Source: Albugo candida (lineage: Eukaryota). Taken from it: a stretch of 64,000 nucleotides of DNA. The notes beneath the pieces are model-generated. The model saw only the letters and a program-made list of their open reading frames with translations. It had not been told where the DNA came from and searched no databases. The position numbers were made by a program, and so were the translations under genes. The DNA lies in assembly GCA_040437565.1 (NCBI GenBank), contig JBDOQK010000087.1, positions 1-64,000 of the forward strand, written 5' to 3'. Shown in pieces: positions 25,432-35,843 of the stretch; within the stretch, counting starts at the first letter, position 1; every line of letters begins with the position of its first letter.

Positions 25432-26369
25432 GACTAATTGAAGTAATCTCAAGAATCAGAGTTCGATCAATGGCTTCAGCGTCTTCTATGTGTATTTTCT
25501 TTCTGGTGCCACATGCAAGCCTATATAATGTATCAATGCGGTAAGCAATGAATGATAGGCTTCGGCCATTTTGAATCACGCATCACACGTTGGAAAACCA
25601 CCCGCTCCACTGAAAAAATTGCTCTAATCTCGTATAAAAGCTCATCGGAAGTAAACTAGGGCGTCAAAGAAGTATCCCGACTTGGATAAAATCACCTCTG
25701 CGATGATCTGTGAGATGATATCCCAAATACTGATGCGCATACGCCTAACGTGTCAGAGCCATCACAAGTAAACTCAGTGATGACACGTACCTCTTCAGAT
25801 ATCGCATACGTCGTACACAGTACAGCAATAGGTATGTTGAGACTATAACTTTTAATTTTGCGAAATGTCAGATAATTTGATTGTGAACAATTTCGCTTAG
25901 CTGTTGTTGCATGGGGCTCCGATGTATTTGGGAAAAATTGCCTGTTGAATAACATCCGCGGTGGCCAGATTACAAATGTTTGGCTCCGGGATATTTTTTG
26001 AGATCGTCGTCTTCTATCTTTGTCGAATTGGTGCTGCATTCTTCCATCACTTTGGCTCGGTGTTTTGCACGTGTATTGTATATGATTTCCAAGTGTTTTG
26101 AGGATGCAAGTTTTTTCTTTAACGTATTAAAACCATTATAGGCCATGGTAGTCATAAACTGGGGAACGAAAATATTGCTATGACACAATTAGACTATTCA
26201 AGGAGGAAATGTGTTCTTGGGATGTTGGTACGTTATGATCAGTTGCATCGATTTGTTGCAAAGAAAACTCAATAAAAAGCGGAAGATATTTATTTTCTTG
26301 ATTCTCAACCACAAAGATACTCCTAGCCGACTTTTACTACACGAGCTATTTGCTTCGTTTGACAAGCGC

Positions 26370-28689
26370 TTACCGGATCGCTCGATTCCTGGGTTGTTGC
26401 TGTGCATTTGAAAGCATCTGTATCTCCCCTTGTGGTGCTTCTCTCGTACTGAACCAATGTATGCGACTTTTTTCACCTCGAACAATACCCATAGGGCTTT
26501 GTTGTACAATATCCGCATTGCTTTGTTGTACAATATCCGCATTGCTTTGTTCATCAATACGCTGATGGTTTTTATCCTGGGAGCTTCGTTCAAAGTCCAA
26601 CGATATTATAACACTTGTAAAATCCGATGGTTGTAGTGGCATGGCGTTTTGTATGTTTTTGTATACTTTGACCTCGATCTTACTAGGTAACTTGCAAAAT
26701 GCGTCCAAAAGCATATATTCGAAAGGACTCGTAAGGATGTACAAAGATGCAGACGATACAACGTATGAATTACTCATTGATGCGATGCAAAATGCCACCG
26801 ATTGGAACTTTTCTCTCTGATCAAACTGAAGAAACCATACAGCATCATTGGATGCTTCAAGACTGAGCGTTTTGATCGCATTGTGAAGCTTTGTTTTTAT
26901 GCTGGCTTTTTCATTTGACGGAATAAATGAGTGAGTGGATGCTGACATGAGCGCATACGTTACCATTGGATCATTCTCGCCAATTGTTACCTCATTTGCC
27001 TTACGTTTGGGCGGTCTAGCAGCTGTGGAGTGCGTTCCGACAGAGTCAATTTGCGATCTCTTTTTTTCAATAATAGCCATGTCTCCAAGAAATGCACACA
27101 CTTTTTTGGATAGACCTGTCACCCATTTGCATTTCTCGGTACACCTGATTGCGGCTTCTTGCACATGTAGTTCCTGCTTGAAAAATACGAGACTACTCCT
27201 ACTTGAGGTCGGTTGGATCGATTCCACCAAGTCTTCCAAGCTAGGTACATGATCAACTCTACCGAGTTCCTTCAACATACAGCTGTAACATGACGGAAAT
27301 TGAGTGTGGGGTTTGCTTGCTGGGTAATTCATCATAATTGGGTACATGTACGCATTCCCTGCAGCATATACACTAGTTGAAAAGTGCATGCATGTAGAGG
27401 AGGAAGTTGTATCTTCTTTGTCAGGATTTCTAGGTTCGTCTTTAGATGATCCTAATGCCTTGAAATTGGCCAAAAGATCGTCCACTTTTTTGCTCAAAAG
27501 CGTTTTAGGAGCTTTGCACATGCTTGTCGTCACACAATTCAGTTTGAATAGTCTCAACTCAAAACCAGGATCAGTATAGGCGACAAAGTTCATTTCTCCT
27601 TCATTATTGTTCATAATGAAAGGGAGGATATTATTCTGCGCACATGAGATGCACTTTTCCATCGTCTCTTTGGTGTAAGGCACAAGGTGTTGTTCGTAAG
27701 AAAAATCTGTCAAGTCTTTGGGTCTCTAAGGGAGAGCTATTGCTAACGTTTGATAAAGACGCGCCGCATAACAATCGGTTTCGGATACTAGCGTAACAGT
27801 ACCACAGGTACTTTGGCAATGCAGTATCTTTTTCTCCGCAAAAGTATAAAGAAAGGCCCATTGGTAGCTTCCGAGGTCTTTTCGTGTGACGAAAAACCTT
27901 TCATATTGCTTCTCAAATGCCAAGCATCGAGTGCAGTCNNNNNNNNNNNNNNNNNNNNNNNNNNNNNNNNNNNNNNNNNNNNNNNNNNNNNNNNNNNNNN
28001 NNNNNNNNNNNNNNNNNNNNNNNNNNNNNNNNNNNNNNTAACGTTTGATAAAGACGCGCCGCATAACAATCGGTTTCGGATACTAGCGTAACAGTACCAC
28101 AGGTACTTTGGCAATGCAGTATCTTTTTCTCCGCAAAAGTATAAAGAAAGGCCCATTGGTAGCTTCCGAGGTCTTTTCGTGTGACGAAAAACCTTTCATA
28201 TTGCTTCTCAAATGCCAAGCATCGAGTGCAGTCTTGAATCCATAATTCAGGCAGATTTGGTTGCAGGATTAAGCAAGATCTTGTTGTCACTCCTTGTGGA
28301 TTACTACTCTCGCCTTTATAGGAGTACACCGAGATCTCATCCGACGCAGGGTTATGTCCATCACCCATACTTGATTTCTCCCCTACAAACTCTTTCGATT
28401 GTTCGTATGTGTCCTGTACGTTTGTTTTCCTGTTGATTGTGGCATATTGTTCGCAATATTTAGTAATGATTGATTCGGAAATGTCATCAGCAATATCTGC
28501 AACCATATTCAAGCTTTCCGTAGCAGAATTGATCACCAATTCGTATTTGAAGTTTGCAGACCGCACAAAAGGTTGGATGCACTTGTGTAAACGTGCATAG
28601 GTTGCAGATTTACACGGCACAGTCATTTCAATCTCATATGTGTAGCCGTGGTAAAGATAAAACAGGACTAATGCTATGTTTGGTTTCAT
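26370..28689 (-). pseudogene. Secreted multi-module Cys-rich protein, paralogue 3, with an in-frame TAG (222-aa truncated product; about 674 aa if read through)
   Basis: Signal-peptide-like MKPNIALVLFYLYHGYT and the same five modules, including an exact CxxCxxxxxG (CYSCMLKELG). TAG at 27726-27728 lies between YQTLAIALP and RPKDLTDF in the same frame. Bases 27744-27938 are repeated at 28039-28233 across the gap. Confidence 0.8.
26497..26551. repeat. 24-bp in-frame tandem repeat (about 2.3 copies) encoding QSNADIVQ in the tail of paralogue 3
   Basis: CTTTGTTGTACAATATCCGCATTG twice, plus a partial CTTTGTT. Confidence 0.9.
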
Positions 28690-29425
28690 TGTTCACCGTA
28701 CGAGGTACTTGTTATCTGAGGCGTTCGGAGAGCACATCGATACTTATAAGAATTATACAGTCCGTGCAAACCGTGTCCGTATCCATACAAAAATAGAAGA
28801 TTCTGTAGCCGGTTCACATGTATAATTTGATAAATAAACTGCTTTTAATAGGTTCTGAGGTCATTGATTCGTCATCCTGCAGACCTCCTTATCATAATAC
28901 ACTGCCGCGAACAATATCCGCTTTATGGCGATATGTATATTGGTGACATGTGAATTCAGTTATTTTTTAGAAACCACCGCGACGATGGCATACGTGTCAA
29001 GAACACGCCCATTCTTACAGTAAACTAATACTGTCATACATTCTCTGCCAATAGCAGGTTTACTTGTTCAATGCCTTTAATTGAACGACCGAAAATGGAG
29101 GAATGATAATATTATGAAAAGCGTTCTTTCCCATACATCAAGCACAATCATGAGATTTATCAGAGTAGAAAGCGTCTTATAACGGGTGCAAGGAGCAACT
29201 ATTTAACTCTGCGTTCTTAAGGTAAAGGAGTAAGGGACAACAACTAGAGCAGGCATACAATGCTGCTCAGCTCAACCTTTTCAATAATAAAACAAGAGAA
29301 GCCAGCAAAGGCAGTGACTGACTTGGTAGAAGCGCTCTATAGCGATGTATTTTCTGACCTCTCCAAATTTATAGAAGAATTCCGTCAAGTGTTCGCGAAA
29401 CGAATCACTTTTCCAGACTATATCT

Positions 29426-30724
29426 ATGACGGCTGAAGATTTAGCGCGTTCAAGACACGATCAATTGTCATGTACGCCCTCACTGAATCTCACTCCTGAC
29501 GGTGAATGCGCTCTTCGATCTCTGGCGAACGATCTCGTTGATGATGCAGTCAGCTCTTTTGAGAGTGTAATGTACGATCAAAATGGAATACTCGATACAA
29601 AGAATTTCCAATTGCTCAAGCAAGAATTCTGTGTGGTTGTGTATCGGGAACGGTCAAAGTACCATGCCTTACAAAGGTCAAAATTGCGTGATCAAATACA
29701 AAACTCGCGCAGTACGTTGACATCAGATATCGAGTCAAAAGATGTAGGAACAGAGAGGCTTACGCCCAAGGGTTTAGGAGAGATCGTTGGGCCAATGGCT
29801 CACTTTCTTGCAGAGTCAAAAGTACCGACACTGATTGCAATTGGTTCGGTACCAGGAACACTGGAAGAAGCAATGCTAGGTCTATCACTTCGAGACACTG
29901 TGGCATTTAGCGCGCTTATGAGTTCCTCTGTGAAGAAAGTGCTGAATGCTCAAGTTCTCGCAACTGTTTCGGATCCTTTGCAGAAAGATACCTTTGATTA
30001 CTTGGGAGTTCATTGGACTTTGTGTGCTGGATTCGGTGGAGTATGCAGGCAAATGAGTCCAAGACTGGATCAGTTACAACTAGTACATTCAAGGATAACT
30101 GCGACATCGCGAGGAAATCGTATTGGAGTTTGTATTCTTCATGCAATCAAGCATCCAGATGTACCCGAGATGAAGTCTTCCCCGACCCGAATCTACACAA
30201 CGCTTGCGCTATGCTTTCGAGAAAAGCAGGATGGCTCTCTGGACTTTATGGCCATTACTAGCGCTCAATCAGCGCCTCCATTTTTGTATCCAATTCTGCT
30301 GAGGCGTGTCACTGCAATGTTGTGCAGCATACCTCATTGCGTAGACTTTGCGAATTCTAGAAAATTGCTTGCGATGATGCTTTCCAACAAAGTAACTGGC
30401 GGCTTCAAAAGTCTGAAGGAAGCTGGATTGGTATCATCAGCAAGACAACGTTTAGCTAGACGGCTATTGCCCGGTCAGTGCTCTGGGTGTTACAAGATTT
30501 CGTATGGTATCTCTCGATCATTCAACAGCTCCTGCAGAATTTGTAAAGCCCGCGTCTGTTCTCGCTGTTGTGTGACTAAAAAGATCACACTGAGTGGTGA
30601 ACAGCGATCGAAAATTGCAAGCGTGCTTGCTACGATAAAGGTCATGCGATTCTGTCTTCCGTGCATCCATGCAGCCAGGCAACTAGATTGCAGTCAAACA
30701 AAGCTGCATCATGATCTTGAGTAG
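29426..30724 (+). CDS. START-like domain plus C-terminal FYVE-like zinc finger protein (oomycete-expanded family), 432 aa
   Basis: IGSVPGTLEEAMLGL and DTFDYLGVHW motifs; C-terminal CSGC..CRIC..VCSRC..FCLPC. Confidence 0.8.
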   Translation: MTAEDLARSRHDQLSCTPSLNLTPDGECALRSLANDLVDDAVSSFESVMYDQNGILDTKNFQLLKQEFCVVVYRERSKYHALQRSKLRDQIQNSRSTLTSDIESKDVGTERLTPKGLGEIVGPMAHFLAESKVPTLIAIGSVPGTLEEAMLGLSLRDTVAFSALMSSSVKKVLNAQVLATVSDPLQKDTFDYLGVHWTLCAGFGGVCRQMSPRLDQLQLVHSRITATSRGNRIGVCILHAIKHPDVPEMKSSPTRIYTTLALCFREKQDGSLDFMAITSAQSAPPFLYPILLRRVTAMLCSIPHCVDFANSRKLLAMMLSNKVTGGFKSLKEAGLVSSARQRLARRLLPGQCSGCYKISYGISRSFNSSCRICKARVCSRCCVTKKITLSGEQRSKIASVLATIKVMRFCLPCIHAARQLDCSQTKLHHDLE

Positions 30725-30833
30725 CTTGTAATCTATTAGTAAGGTGACAATACATAATGTTGCACATGTCGTTGTATCCTCGATTTTTTTCCAACAAATT
30801 CCGGCTCATTCTCAACATAAGCGATCATTGCGA

Positions 30834-31731
30834 CTACAGAATACAGTAAGCCACGAGTCCGCCTATGATTGCCGTCGTCAACGCGGATAGAAAATTGACA
30901 GCTTCATTAGAGCAAATATTCCGCCCAGAGATATGTCGATGTGCCTTCTGCGAGGATACCGCACAGATTTGTCTCAATTCTTGATTGTAATACGTTGTCT
31001 GTATCGTAGCACCCAAAAACGAGTCGACGAGAGAGCCAAATAGTCCCATCAGCATGGAAAATGGTATCCAAACTGCCTGAGGATGAGACGTGAAGTAGGT
31101 AAAGAGGTAGTAAATCATACCAATGAATCCACCTCCAGAGATTGAAGCGATAATTCCTAAAAGAGTAATACCACCGTTGGTTCCCGCTGGAACTCTCTTT
31201 AGTGTTGTGATGAGAATTGGGTCGCTTTTGCTCAAAACACCAAGTTCTGAAGCCCACGTATCGGCAGTACAGCATGCATAATTTCCCAAATAAGTCGCTA
31301 GGAGAAACCTCGTCATTCGATCTTCCCCAATGATTACAGAAGACTGTTGCTCGAGTTCCCTTACAAGCCAAACAAGCGCCAATACTGTGCCGATAAAGCT
31401 AGAAGCAAGTACCTGCGATGCATCTCTTCTTCCTCCAGGCTTGTAATTTTCATCCAAGCTCTTTTTCACCTTTTCTTTCAGCTTTGTGAGTTTGCTTCCC
31501 GAAAAATAAAACGCGAGTAAAACTCCGCCTGTACAAAACGTACGATGAGATCGAAAAGCGTCTGCAAATACATCGATACATACCAAAAGAATAGCCGGAT
31601 GACATGGTGAGCCACCCGACAAAAAACGCTGCAACTGACCCACTCGTACTCAAAGAATGTTTTCTGTATCCACGGATGCTCAAGGCTAATGCCACGGCGA
31701 GCGAAATTCCCACACGAACGAGTAAGCTCAT
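30834..31731 (-). CDS. DUF92/TMEM19-family membrane protein, 2 exons (intron 31529-31583), 280 aa
   Basis: SLSTSG, GGRRDASQVLA, ADTWASELG, VPAGTNGGIT, GSLVDSFLGATIQ and NEAVNF motifs. A 55-bp GT-AG intron joins the two ORFs in frame. Confidence 0.92.
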
Positions 31732-32013
31732 TTAAGGGAATTTTGTGTATTGATAGTTGGCGAGCGAAAGGCTCTCATCTCGTCAGGAAATTGAGCTAGT
31801 CTACCAATATGTACAAAGATTATGATTCCTAATTAGTATGCAAATTCTTCGCTGACGATTCCGTGCATCATGTCTCTCCAGCCGGAGCAGTAGTGCGCTT
31901 ATTATTGAGCTCTGTTGGATCATACAATGAAGCGCCTAATTGCTCGTCCTGGCTGTGCAATTCAACATTTATTCGATTCCGATACGGATATAGGTACAAG
32001 CATGCGCTTCAGC

Positions 32014-33732
32014 TCATTTAGTAACCGAGCATCCTTTGCCTCCAGCAAAGGACAGACAGCTTGTTTGCGGTAATACTGAGAGTACATTCACTACGAGTGC
32101 CCACAAAATCGCAAAGACGAGGTACGTAGCTGTAAAAAGACCCATCCACCAGCTCGAGCCTCCAGTCTTCTTCAATCTCTGCGCATCAGCTTTCTGTTTG
32201 GGAAGAAGTGGAATCCATGCTAGTCCAAGAATGTTCATAGAGTATCGTATCACATACACATAAGTCGCTTGCTGACGCACGTGTAAGGTATCGGACTGAA
32301 TGTCTTCGTTTGTGACGTCAAAATGAGAGTCCACTGCTTTTGCTAATGTGCTTGCAAAAGGAGAACCAATGTTTGCAGAAGATGTGAGTAGCCCATACAT
32401 TGCGCTTTCACTTCCCTCTTCTGCGAGTTCCACGACGACATAGGAGGCGATAATGGTCCCTATCGCCTGTGGAAGATACTCGGCAAGTGGTATTCCCAGC
32501 CAAAACCACTGACTTCGAACCACATCCCATACCGTTAACAGTGATGTGAGACAATCCAGCATCACGACTGTCAAAACGGTGACGATTTGCATCGTACGCC
32601 AATTCCAAGCGAGACCGAACTTCCCGGTTACCCACAACGTAGTCGAGTACAAGATGTTGCCAATAACCATGAAAAACTTTTCGTTAATCGGTTCTGTGCG
32701 CGCCCAATTTCGCTCGACAATGTCATTACATGTGACCATAAAGCTGTTGAAAATTCCACCAAAGAATTTATTTGCAATGACCTGATACACGACCCGAGTT
32801 TGCAGAATCCTCCAAAAGTTTTTAAGGTATGGCTTCATTTTGTGCCCGGGATGCTTTTCTTCCTTGATAAAGAACCACGTGATGGGGATAGCTGGTGAAC
32901 ACATTATGCCAACAATGAGCATGATCTTGTTAAACGAAAGTGAAAAGTTGAATGTGCCGCCATAATGCTCGCTATTAAGCGTAAATCCGACAAGAACATT
33001 GGAAAACGTGACAAAAATCGTTCGAACGAGATACGATATGGTTTGAGTTCGTCCTCGAACTTCCTGTGGCTCGCGTTGCGCCAAGCTGACCATGATCCCG
33101 TCTGTCGCGACAACTGCACATAGATATCCAAATGCAGCTGTCATCATTAAAATGATATAAGTGCTTCCAACTGCACGTGCGTGAGTATTAAATGTGGCTC
33201 GTATTTCAGGTGTCCATTCAGTCGTCGACATGTGACCATACTTGGCGTGGGGAAAGTATGGAGGCCCAGCATCCATCGAACCCATATAAAGACAAACAGA
33301 CACCGCGATCGTCCACCCAAAGACAATGTATGGACGTCTCCGATATCCACCGATGGCGATACAATCGGTTAAAATCCCGTAGAACGCTTTCAGCGACCAA
33401 GGAAGCATCAGCATCATTTTCGCTGATGTTATTTGTGTTCCTTCCATGTTGAGATAATTGGTCAGGAAGGGGTACACCGTTGCTGGAAGAGCTCCATAAA
33501 TGATCCCAACAGATGCGTACTGCACGATCAATCCGCAATAATCTCGACTCCACAAGTTGACAGCACCACCAGGTCGTAAAGCATTGCCTTCAGAAGCATC
33601 ATATGCTGTATATCCACCGTCTTCGAGACGTCGTCGGCCACTCACGGATGCTGTATTTCTCGGAAAGCTCGCAGTAGGCTTTCTGGCCGAGGAAGAGGAC
33701 AAGCTTGGAAGCTCAATCCTTTGTCGACTCAT
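32014..33732 (-). CDS. Folate-biopterin transporter (FBT/BT1, MFS) family protein, 572 aa
   Basis: LPWSLKAFYGILTDC..GGYRRRPY, AQREP..RGRTQ and ESAMYGLLTS motifs with many TM helices. The 5' end is repeated at 33878-34233 across a gap. Confidence 0.9.
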   Translation of the reverse strand: MSRQRIELPSLSSSSARKPTASFPRNTASVSGRRRLEDGGYTAYDASEGNALRPGGAVNLWSRDYCGLIVQYASVGIIYGALPATVYPFLTNYLNMEGTQITSAKMMLMLPWSLKAFYGILTDCIAIGGYRRRPYIVFGWTIAVSVCLYMGSMDAGPPYFPHAKYGHMSTTEWTPEIRATFNTHARAVGSTYIILMMTAAFGYLCAVVATDGIMVSLAQREPQEVRGRTQTISYLVRTIFVTFSNVLVGFTLNSEHYGGTFNFSLSFNKIMLIVGIMCSPAIPITWFFIKEEKHPGHKMKPYLKNFWRILQTRVVYQVIANKFFGGIFNSFMVTCNDIVERNWARTEPINEKFFMVIGNILYSTTLWVTGKFGLAWNWRTMQIVTVLTVVMLDCLTSLLTVWDVVRSQWFWLGIPLAEYLPQAIGTIIASYVVVELAEEGSESAMYGLLTSSANIGSPFASTLAKAVDSHFDVTNEDIQSDTLHVRQQATYVYVIRYSMNILGLAWIPLLPKQKADAQRLKKTGGSSWWMGLFTATYLVFAILWALVVNVLSVLPQTSCLSFAGGKGCSVTK

Positions 33733-34743
33733 CTGCCTGGGGAATTGCTACTTTCTTATGAATATCCTGCTCTACAANNNNNNNNNNNNNNNNNNNNNNN
33801 NNNNNNNNNNNNNNNNNNNNNNNNNNNNNNNNNNNNNNNNNNNNNNNNNNNNNNNNNNNNNNNNNNNNNNNNNNNNNGCTGATGTTATTTGTGTTCCTTC
33901 CATGTTGAGATAATTGGTCAGGAAGGGGTACACCGTTGCTGGAAGAGCTCCATAAATGATCCCAACAGATGCGTACTGCACGATCAATCCGCAATAATCT
34001 CGACTCCACAAGTTGACAGCACCACCAGGTCGTAAAGCATTGCCTTCAGAAGCATCATATGCTGTATATCCACCGTCTTCGAGACGTCGTCGGCCACTCA
34101 CGGATGCTGTATTTCTCGGAAAGCTCGCAGTAGGCTTTCTGGCCGAGGAAGAGGACAAGCTTGGAAGCTCAATCCTTTGTCGACTCATCTGCCTGGGGAA
34201 TTGCTACTTTCTTATGAATATCCTGCTCTACAATCTCTAAAACAGAAGTGATGATCATGCTTGCAGTGATACGATCAGGTAGGAAAATCGACTTGATTCC
34301 ACGGTCGACGTGACAATCGATGGAATTTTCCCTCGACATTTTATATAAATTCATTCTATGTATTGTATGAATGTGTAATGTATCACATAAAACCCCAATA
34401 CTTTATATTCTNNNNNNNNNNNNNNNNNNNNNNNNNNNNNNNNNNNNNNNNNNNNNNNNNNNNNNNNNNNNNNNNNNNNNNNNNNNNNNNNNNNNNNNNN
34501 NNNNNNNNNNNAATGTATCACATAAAACCCCAATACTTTATATTCTAGTAATGATGATATCACGACAGATCGTAAGTCAGGAACCAATTGACAAGCGGAA
34601 GTGCATCTTGTCATTGTAACAACACTCGCAATCAATCTTTATAGGTTCCAACGTATACGTAGATATTAACAGCGTAAATAGCTCCACGATATAATCAAAC
34701 AAAAAGAAGACACTAATCTTATTATGTCACATTAACAACCAAA

Positions 34744-35130
34744 TTAAGAAGCGCTTTGCTGTGGGTGCGTGTCTTCGCTTGTGTTGACTGGATTTGGTCG
34801 CAATGTAGCCAATCGCGCTCGATGAGACGTGAAATGCTCTGCATCTTTTTCTTGCTCGCGATCGATAACCGGAGTCTCCCGACGTTCCTTATTGAGGCTC
34901 AAATCGGGATTATACATAATCGCATGAGCGCTATACACCGCCAGTAATCCAAATCCAAGCGTGACACAGCAAAGTAAAGGATAAATCTCAGGATCACGCA
35001 CAGGAATCAATGTAAATCGTCGTTTTTCATGGTGTCCAGGCTTCACATTATCCGCCAATGTCGGGATTTTAGCTTGCACTTCATTTGGGCGTAATACCTT
35101 TGCGCGTAGAAATCGGAACCAGCGCGCCAT
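34744..35130 (-). CDS. B12D/NDUFA4 (MLRQ)-like small mitochondrial membrane protein, 128 aa
   Basis: DPEIYPL, one TM helix, then NPDLSLNKERR; basic N-terminal presequence-like segment. Confidence 0.75.
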   Translation of the reverse strand: MARWFRFLRAKVLRPNEVQAKIPTLADNVKPGHHEKRRFTLIPVRDPEIYPLLCCVTLGFGLLAVYSAHAIMYNPDLSLNKERRETPVIDREQEKDAEHFTSHRARLATLRPNPVNTSEDTHPQQSAS

Positions 35131-35843
35131 CAGAATATCGAGAAAGTTTGTTCGCGACTATCGGATCGGACTATGCGACATGATCTGGACGTATCGCAGA
35201 GCTTAAAGATTGCTGGAATGAACACGGAGATTTGTATGTCATTGGGCCCAAATTGGGATTTCGGATGAAATGCGTGACTTAATTCTATTTCACGGATGAG
35301 TAAAGTCGTTTGTGATGTTTAGTGATTGCATAAAGGTCGCACATCCATCTCAGCTGACATTTTGATATTAATTGCTGCCATTGTTACGTAAACTCGATGG
35401 TAATACTAAATTCTTGGCTCTACAGTGCACCACGATAAAGTCTATAGAGTTCGGAACAGTTTTTCTACGCAATGCGATTGTAAATCGGACTGTCAGGTAG
35501 AGAGCTGTATGCTACATCAGGTGTCCTGTCGACCCTGTCACGTGTCTGCATTCATTTTGTCAGGCTTCTAATCAATTTGTGCATCATTATTACACCTTTC
35601 TTTGGTTCATGCGATCATAAAAGAGCCAAAATCATCAGCCAATACTCGCCAAAACAATTGGTGATCGTTCTCCTATTACGACTTTGTGTAAGGACTTGCA
35701 TTTCTGCAGACTGCACATTTAGTGATCGGCCTCACGTCTATGTACCGAGGGAGCATGAGATTACATGCTCACATTTTTGTATTTGACTCGGAACATTGAC
35801 TTTGTATAGGATCGTAGTTGACGACCGCATTCGGATCAATTCG

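Noticed and set aside
25970-26373. Extra 3' exon of paralogue 3 via the GTAAGC donor overlapping its stop
   Set aside because: The best acceptor (CTAAT...CCCCAG near 26160) gives a stop within two codons; no support without cDNA.
33772-34188. Second folate-biopterin transporter; likewise the second enkurin 3' end (37371-37754) and second glucan synthase start (52256-52630)
   Set aside because: All are gap-flanking copies of adjacent sequence.
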